Shown: in pieces, positions 58,874 through 64,000 of the stretch | Position numbering within the stretch: the first letter of the stretch is position 1 | Layout: each line of letters starts with the position of its first letter | Source of the DNA: Candidatus Bathyarchaeum tardum | Lineage (GTDB): Archaea > Thermoproteota > Bathyarchaeia > Bathyarchaeales > Bathyarchaeaceae | Length of the DNA stretch: 64,000 nt | Direction: 5' to 3' | Assembly: GCA_024650005.2 (NCBI GenBank) | Contig: CP122380.1 | Location: forward strand, 1,760,001 to 1,824,000 | Position numbers and translations under genes: made by a program | The notes under the pieces: model-generated | Databases searched by the model: none | Seen by the model: the letters and a program-made list of their open reading frames with translations, nothing else | What the model was told of the DNA's origin: nothing

Positions 58874-59664
58874 GTCTCAGGATCAGGCTCATGCCTGACC
58901 GACTTTCGCGCAAAGGTCAAATAACCAGTGTGACCAGTCATCAACGTTTGGGGGCGCGTTTTGCCCCTTGCCACCTGCATAAATCGAATCAATGTTTCAC
59001 ATGTTTCGACACAAACAAAACCACATTCATCTAAGGCTTCTGTAACTTTCACAACTTGGTCAATGGTCGGACTAAAAGACACTAACACTCCACTTCCCTT
59101 CAACGCGTCGTAAGCATGAGGAATAACCAACCAAGGGGTAGCCATATCCAAAATTATTGCATCTAAATCTTCTTCTTGGATTCCTTCGGTAATGTCTCCC
59201 TCTTTTAGTTCTACAACATCAAGAAGTCCTGCACGTTCCAAGTTTTTTTTCGCATTTTTCTGAAATTCTTGCCGAATATCATAAGAGTAAACTCGCCCAG
59301 TAGGTTTAATGTAATGGGCAATGGCACTTGTAAGAGCCCCTGTTCCGGTTCCTGCTTCAACTACTCGACTTCCCGGTCCGATTCCACTGTTTAATATGAT
59401 TAGTGAAATGTCTTTGGGGTAAGATATCTGGGTGCGCCTGTTTGTTTTGAAAATGTAATCACGCAATTTTGGCTTTAAAGCGACAAATTCGATATCCATG
59501 CTGCTGGGGATTCGGGTTCCGTATTCTTTTCCGATTAAGTCCCCTAGCTGGATGTAGCCTTTGTGTGTGTGAAAGCTTTTTTCTGCTTCCACTTTGACGA
59601 GGTAAGTTCTTCTTGGATCTAAATAAAGGTAAATGTCGTCGCCTTCAGCAATTAATTCAGTCAT
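58870..59664 (-). CDS. trmI: tRNA (adenine-N1)-methyltransferase TrmI
   Basis: RRTQISYPKD, VEAGTGTGALT, ILDMATPW, SPTIDQV, TRP..GHTGYL. ATG 59664. Confidence 0.93.
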   Translation of the reverse strand: MTELIAEGDDIYLYLDPRRTYLVKVEAEKSFHTHKGYIQLGDLIGKEYGTRIPSSMDIEFVALKPKLRDYIFKTNRRTQISYPKDISLIILNSGIGPGSRVVEAGTGTGALTSAIAHYIKPTGRVYSYDIRQEFQKNAKKNLERAGLLDVVELKEGDITEGIQEEDLDAIILDMATPWLVIPHAYDALKGSGVLVSFSPTIDQVVKVTEALDECGFVCVETCETLIRFMQVARGKTRPQTLMTGHTGYLTFARKSVRHEPDPET

Positions 59665-60166
59665 TATTATCACACAGGTTCTATCTACGTCTTGACACAA
59701 TCACCCTATTTAACCTAAATGTTAAAACCATGCAAAAAACCCAAAAAATAAACACAAAATAATTTTTGTTTTGTTCTAATTATCTCTCCATCTTCCAAGA
59801 ATATGCAATAAGTTAAACCGAAAAAATATAAAAAATTTTCAAAAAACTGGAGAAAAAATTGAGTTAGGAATATTCAACAGTAAATGTAGAGCCTAAACTG
59901 GTTCTAGGAATGATTAAAACTAGCTCTTTCAGCAGTATTGAAGTGATGACTTCCAGAAAGGTATAGCTACACAGCAGAAAACGGCATTCAAATGGTCAGG
60001 GGACCAATATATATTTGCCATGAAACCGATGTTGAAGAATTGCCCGAATAATCATTTAGTTTTAGAAAAATTCTTACATCCAACATGGTTTTTCTCATTT
60101 TAGCCAAAAGAAGCTTTTTAAAACACTTCCGCATGATAATTCCTCTCATGGGCAGAGGGAAAACAC

Positions 60167-60634
60167 ATGGATGAAAAAGATGAACAGATACTCAAAATTT
60201 TAGCGCGACGTTCAGGTTTGTCTAGCCGAAAAATTTCAAAAATTCTGGGAATGCCAATATCCACAGTGCACAGAAGAATTAAAAAAATGGAACAGGACTG
60301 CATAATCACAGGATACAAAGCCCTGATTGATCATGAAAAAACATCATTGCCAATTGGGGCACTTATGCAGATCAATTTTTCAGAGGCAACTCCAGGAAAC
60401 GGACACATACCCAAAAAAGACATCATTGAAGCATTAACAAGTTTCACAGAAATTGAAGAAATAACTGAAGTTCAAGCAGCAAATTTTGATTTGATTGCAA
60501 AGGCACGATTTGAAAGCCTCAAGAAACTGTCAGAGTTCATAGAAAAAACACGACAAATACAAGGAATTGACGAAACTTCAACAGCCATAATAATTGAAGA
60601 AAAAGTGCTGCTACCTGCACAACTACGAAAGTAG
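60167..60634 (+). CDS. Lrp/AsnC family transcriptional regulator
   Basis: MDEKDEQILKIL..STVHRRIKKMEQ..IITGY HTH plus RAM domain. Confidence 0.9.
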   Translation: MDEKDEQILKILARRSGLSSRKISKILGMPISTVHRRIKKMEQDCIITGYKALIDHEKTSLPIGALMQINFSEATPGNGHIPKKDIIEALTSFTEIEEITEVQAANFDLIAKARFESLKKLSEFIEKTRQIQGIDETSTAIIIEEKVLLPAQLRK

Positions 60635-60972
60635 ATTGACAACAACATTAAATTTGATTTTATAATATAAAAATACCAACTAGGATTTTTAAGATTGCTA
60701 TTTTACTCCATTTCAGCAGGAGATAAAATTTTAACCAAAAAAGTGGACGACTCGTAGCATCCGCAGAAGACGGATAATTAATAGACAATCGATTATTGTT
60801 TGAATGGATTTTTTACTCCAAATATTTGAAAGTTTACAACAGGTAAAGACCGTAAAGTAAATCAAAAAACCCCGGAATGAATTAAATGGAATCGTAGAGG
60901 GCTACAATATCAAAATAGCGGAAGTTAAAAAGGATAAAAATTGAAAAAACAGGTAAAGCTCAATTGGCTTGT

Positions 60973-61485
60973 TTAGACAAGAATGTTTTTTAAATGTTTA
61001 TTCCAGAGATATGCAGCTGCATACCCTGCTACTGCGCCACTTATTATACTCATAATTAGTATTGGCACTGCCAGCCCGGGTTCCATTGGAAGGAGCTCTA
61101 ATAGAACAACGGTAATGTAGTAGCTTAGAAAGCCAACTATAGCCGTGCTCAGGGTCATGGCAACCACTATTTTGAGGGGGTTCACTTTATCCATGCTGGG
61201 ATGAATTTTGAAAATAATAAAGAAAGCATCTACAAGAATCCCATATAAAAAGGCGAAAGCAAAAGTAAACGGTCCTAAAGCAGGTCTCCATAAAACAGTT
61301 AAGGCGCCGTCGATTGCACCCACATATGTTGCACCTATCTTCTTTATGAAAAGGGCGGATATAGCCAACAGAACCGCTTGAACTATGATGAACATCTTGT
61401 CCATAGGAAAAGGTAAAAACACTTTAGTTAACGATATTATAGCTCCAAAAAGTGCAGCAACGAACAACCGTTTAGTCTTATTCAC
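60973..61485 (-). CDS. Membrane protein resembling an ECF transporter S component
   Basis: 170 aa with about 6 TMs, N-terminal AALFGA (AxxxA-like), GAT..G and YGILVD segments. Confidence 0.55.
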   Translation of the reverse strand: MNKTKRLFVAALFGAIISLTKVFLPFPMDKMFIIVQAVLLAISALFIKKIGATYVGAIDGALTVLWRPALGPFTFAFAFLYGILVDAFFIIFKIHPSMDKVNPLKIVVAMTLSTAIVGFLSYYITVVLLELLPMEPGLAVPILIMSIISGAVAGYAAAYLWNKHLKNILV

Positions 61486-61819
61486 CTATCAATCCCATAA
61501 CTAGAAAGAAGACATCAATTTAAAAAACTTTTCAAACATAAAAATTACATCGAATTTAAATCACTAGTACATAATTCAATTTTGATAAACTCATTATGCA
61601 CACGAAAAAATACTTGCCATAATTATCCTTTGGATAATAATATGTGCATATACATTTTTATCGCGTCCAAATTGATGACTTAACTATTTTGTTCATAATT
61701 GCGGTTGCAGTTACTATACACCGCATAAGGTTATCAACATATATAGTGAAAAAATGTGGATTTACTGAAATGAAATAAGCAAAAAACGATGTAAAAAAGA
61801 GTGGAAACAAGTTCTATTA

Positions 61820-62220
61820 TGGTATGGCAGACGAAATTTTGGAGACGGTGAACCTATAGTTATCTTAACATCAGCAGAGGTTGAGGATTTTGGTTATATA
61901 AATAATCTACTGGCAATTTTTGGTAACATTGTTTTTGTCATTTAGCTATTTTGGGTGCTCTCTGGTTAATTAGAAGACGAAAGAGCGAGAAAAAAGTATC
62001 GGAGACTCATTTGTTAACAATAAGTTTGAAATAAAATCCGACGAAGACAAGGTTATCAAATTACTTCGTATTACAGGTGAAAAAATTTATCAATCCATGA
62101 TAACTAAAGAGCTGGGATTTTTTAAATCTAAAACCAGTTTACTTTTGAATGATATGGAAAACAAGGGATTAGTAAGACGTAAAAAAAATGAGCAGAGAAG
62201 TTGTTGTAACTCTTCTGTAA
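61820..62220 (+). pseudogene. Decayed membrane-anchored HTH protein (COG2512-like)
   Basis: Consecutive fragments in different frames: WYGRRNFGDGEPIV, TM LAILGALWLIRRRK, SDEDKVIKLL..IYQSMITKELGFFKSKTSLLLNDMENKGLVRRKK, then a shift in the A8 run (62181-62188) to MSREVVVTLL*. Confidence 0.7.
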
Positions 62221-62666
62221 AGCGAAGATACCTAGTATTGAACCATGTTTCAAAGGTAAAACACTTCAAGAATAGAAGATTGATTGATTAAGCTACGCCA
62301 ACAGTTGGAGCCTTTACAAACTCCTCGGTACCGGCATTTTCTAACCATTATTTGTAATCTTTATTCAAGTTTTCATTAATTTCAGCAATTTTTCACTTGC
62401 AATAATAACTATATTTTTTGAGTTTCTTTTAATCCATTTCACGTTTTCCTTCAAAGTCTGTTCGGTGTATTCAAGAATAAAATAAAGCAAGACTTAAATC
62501 CTAACTTTTTTATGCCCACAGATTCAAGTACCAACTTGTCAGGCTTAAGACAATAGAAGATACGCATGTGTATAGAGAGGAAAGATAGATAAGGGAAACA
62601 AAAGACAAAGTTTCTAGTTCAATAACACTATCAATCAAGAATATTTTGAACGTTCATTACTAATTT

Positions 62667-63866
62667 TTAGTTTCCATTTCCAAGCCATAATCGGCTAAAT
62701 TTGCTAGTTTTTTCTGTTTTGTGCCCAAAAATCAACTTTGTCAAGAAAGGAGTCAGTATAATTGTAACTATGGACAAGAGAACTAGACCCGCTAAAATGC
62801 TCTCACTCAATAGTCCATACTGGAATGCTAAACTTGCAGTTGCCAATGTTGTGGACATTTGAGCAATTGTCATGATACCCATTCCCAAACTAGTTTTTGA
62901 AGGAAATCCGACAAGCCGACCTCCCAGAAAACCGCTTACTGATTTACTTACAATGAGGGATAAAATAATCAATCCTGTCGATAAAAGATCTCCTGGCGCA
63001 AATATTGCGGTCATGTTGGTTGTCATTCCCAAACTTAATAAGAAAACTGGAATTAGAAACCCGTAACTGACAGCAATAATGTTTTCTTCGAGTTGTTTTC
63101 GTTTTTTTAACATATCTGAAAGTGTTAACCCTGCCAAGAAGCCTCCAACCATTGCATGGACACCAATTAATTCTGCCATAAATGCTACCAGAGCTAATGT
63201 AATGAAAACTGCACGTAATCCAGCCGCAAAGGCATCTTTTTTAGGTCCAAAATAAAATAGCCATTCTTGAAGAATTGGAATCAAATATAAAACTATTAAA
63301 ACGAAAATTAATAGAACAACTGGAAAAATTGCTAAAGGTATAGGAGAAACCGGCACAACTGCATTAAGCAAGACCGCGAGAATAATCAAGCTAATTACGT
63401 CTTCCAGAAAGATGGCTGAAACAACTGTTGATTTTATGTTTGATTCAATGTCCAACTCCCTCAACATTGGAACAATTAAACCTACAGATGATGAACTAAA
63501 ACATGTTCCTAAAATTAATGATGCAAGAGAACTTAACCCTAAGCAAATTCCAACAAAAAAGCCGGTTATAAAAGGAATTATAAGGTTTAACCCAGCAAAA
63601 TACACTACAGTTCTTCCCGACTTCTTCAGGACCGAAAATTGAGTGTCCAATCCTGCTGTAAACATGAGAAAAATAAGGCCTATTGTTGCAAAAAAATCCA
63701 TTATTTCCCCTGATTCTACAGCATTTAAACCATATGGACCTAAAATCATTCCTGCAAAAATGACCGCAGTTACCCACGGTATCTGAAACCTCCTAAGCAA
63801 TACTGGAAAAAAGAAAGACGCAGCAATCCAAATTAAGAATAAAAGAATGGGAATCAAAGGTCTCAC
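62667..63866 (-). CDS. Cation:proton antiporter (CPA2 / Kef-type)
   Basis: GMILGP, GLIFLMFTAGLD, SSSVGL, AIFLEDV, VGGFLAGL, GFLIPVF; about 13 TMs. Confidence 0.92.
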   Translation of the reverse strand: MRPLIPILLFLIWIAASFFFPVLLRRFQIPWVTAVIFAGMILGPYGLNAVESGEIMDFFATIGLIFLMFTAGLDTQFSVLKKSGRTVVYFAGLNLIIPFITGFFVGICLGLSSLASLILGTCFSSSSVGLIVPMLRELDIESNIKSTVVSAIFLEDVISLIILAVLLNAVVPVSPIPLAIFPVVLLIFVLIVLYLIPILQEWLFYFGPKKDAFAAGLRAVFITLALVAFMAELIGVHAMVGGFLAGLTLSDMLKKRKQLEENIIAVSYGFLIPVFLLSLGMTTNMTAIFAPGDLLSTGLIILSLIVSKSVSGFLGGRLVGFPSKTSLGMGIMTIAQMSTTLATASLAFQYGLLSESILAGLVLLSIVTIILTPFLTKLIFGHKTEKTSKFSRLWLGNGN

Positions 63867-64000
63867 CCAAATTAATTATTTATCATCGCTAATCTAACAT
63901 GCTATAAGTCAATAAAACATTAAGGTAGGAGTTAGCCACAAACTTCTAAAATTTATAAACATCAGCATACAATTCAAGCCAAGTTACAATTAATTCTAAA

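Noticed and set aside
59905-59985. Possible C/D box sRNA (ATGATTA..TTGA..GTGATGA..CAGA)
   Set aside because: No canonical CTGA D box and the guide spacing is too long; cannot be supported without a covariance or target search.
62290-62580. Possible decayed gene on the minus strand (..KDYK*WLENAGTEEFVKAPTVGVA*)
   Set aside because: Looks protein-like but is interrupted, and I cannot assign a family.
1-64000. CRISPR array, rRNA, IS element or prophage
   Set aside because: I saw no regularly spaced repeats, rRNA-like GC-rich segments, transposase, integrase or viral hallmark genes.

Overview
Archaeal chromosomal DNA, AT-rich. Gene content and style suggest a TACK-group archaeon such as Bathyarchaeia (inference). 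From left to right: aIF-1A and uppP; a 7-gene type IV pilus-like operon (ATPase, TadC/FlaJ-type platform protein, five pilin-like proteins including a 799-aa putative adhesin); an ABC-2 exporter with ogt and nadM; an accessory stretch (PRC-barrel pair, GNAT, P-type ATPase, TrmB); and the rpl22-to-secY-cmk ribosomal superoperon. That operon has an Hsp20 gene inserted, long low-complexity tails on uL5 and uS3, and a uS14 gene missed by the ORF track. Further right: a split APH-like kinase / PHP / P-loop kinase triad, several phosphoesterases and glpX, tRNA-Arg(GCG) immediately upstream of argS, a REC-PAS histidine kinase, and a membrane-anchored HTH regulator locus with a repeated promoter motif. 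The window ends with trmI, an Lrp regulator, an ECF S-like protein, two decayed regulator pseudogenes and a cation:proton antiporter. I saw no CRISPR array, rRNA, integrase or transposase. All family calls come from motif recognition by eye; no searches were run.
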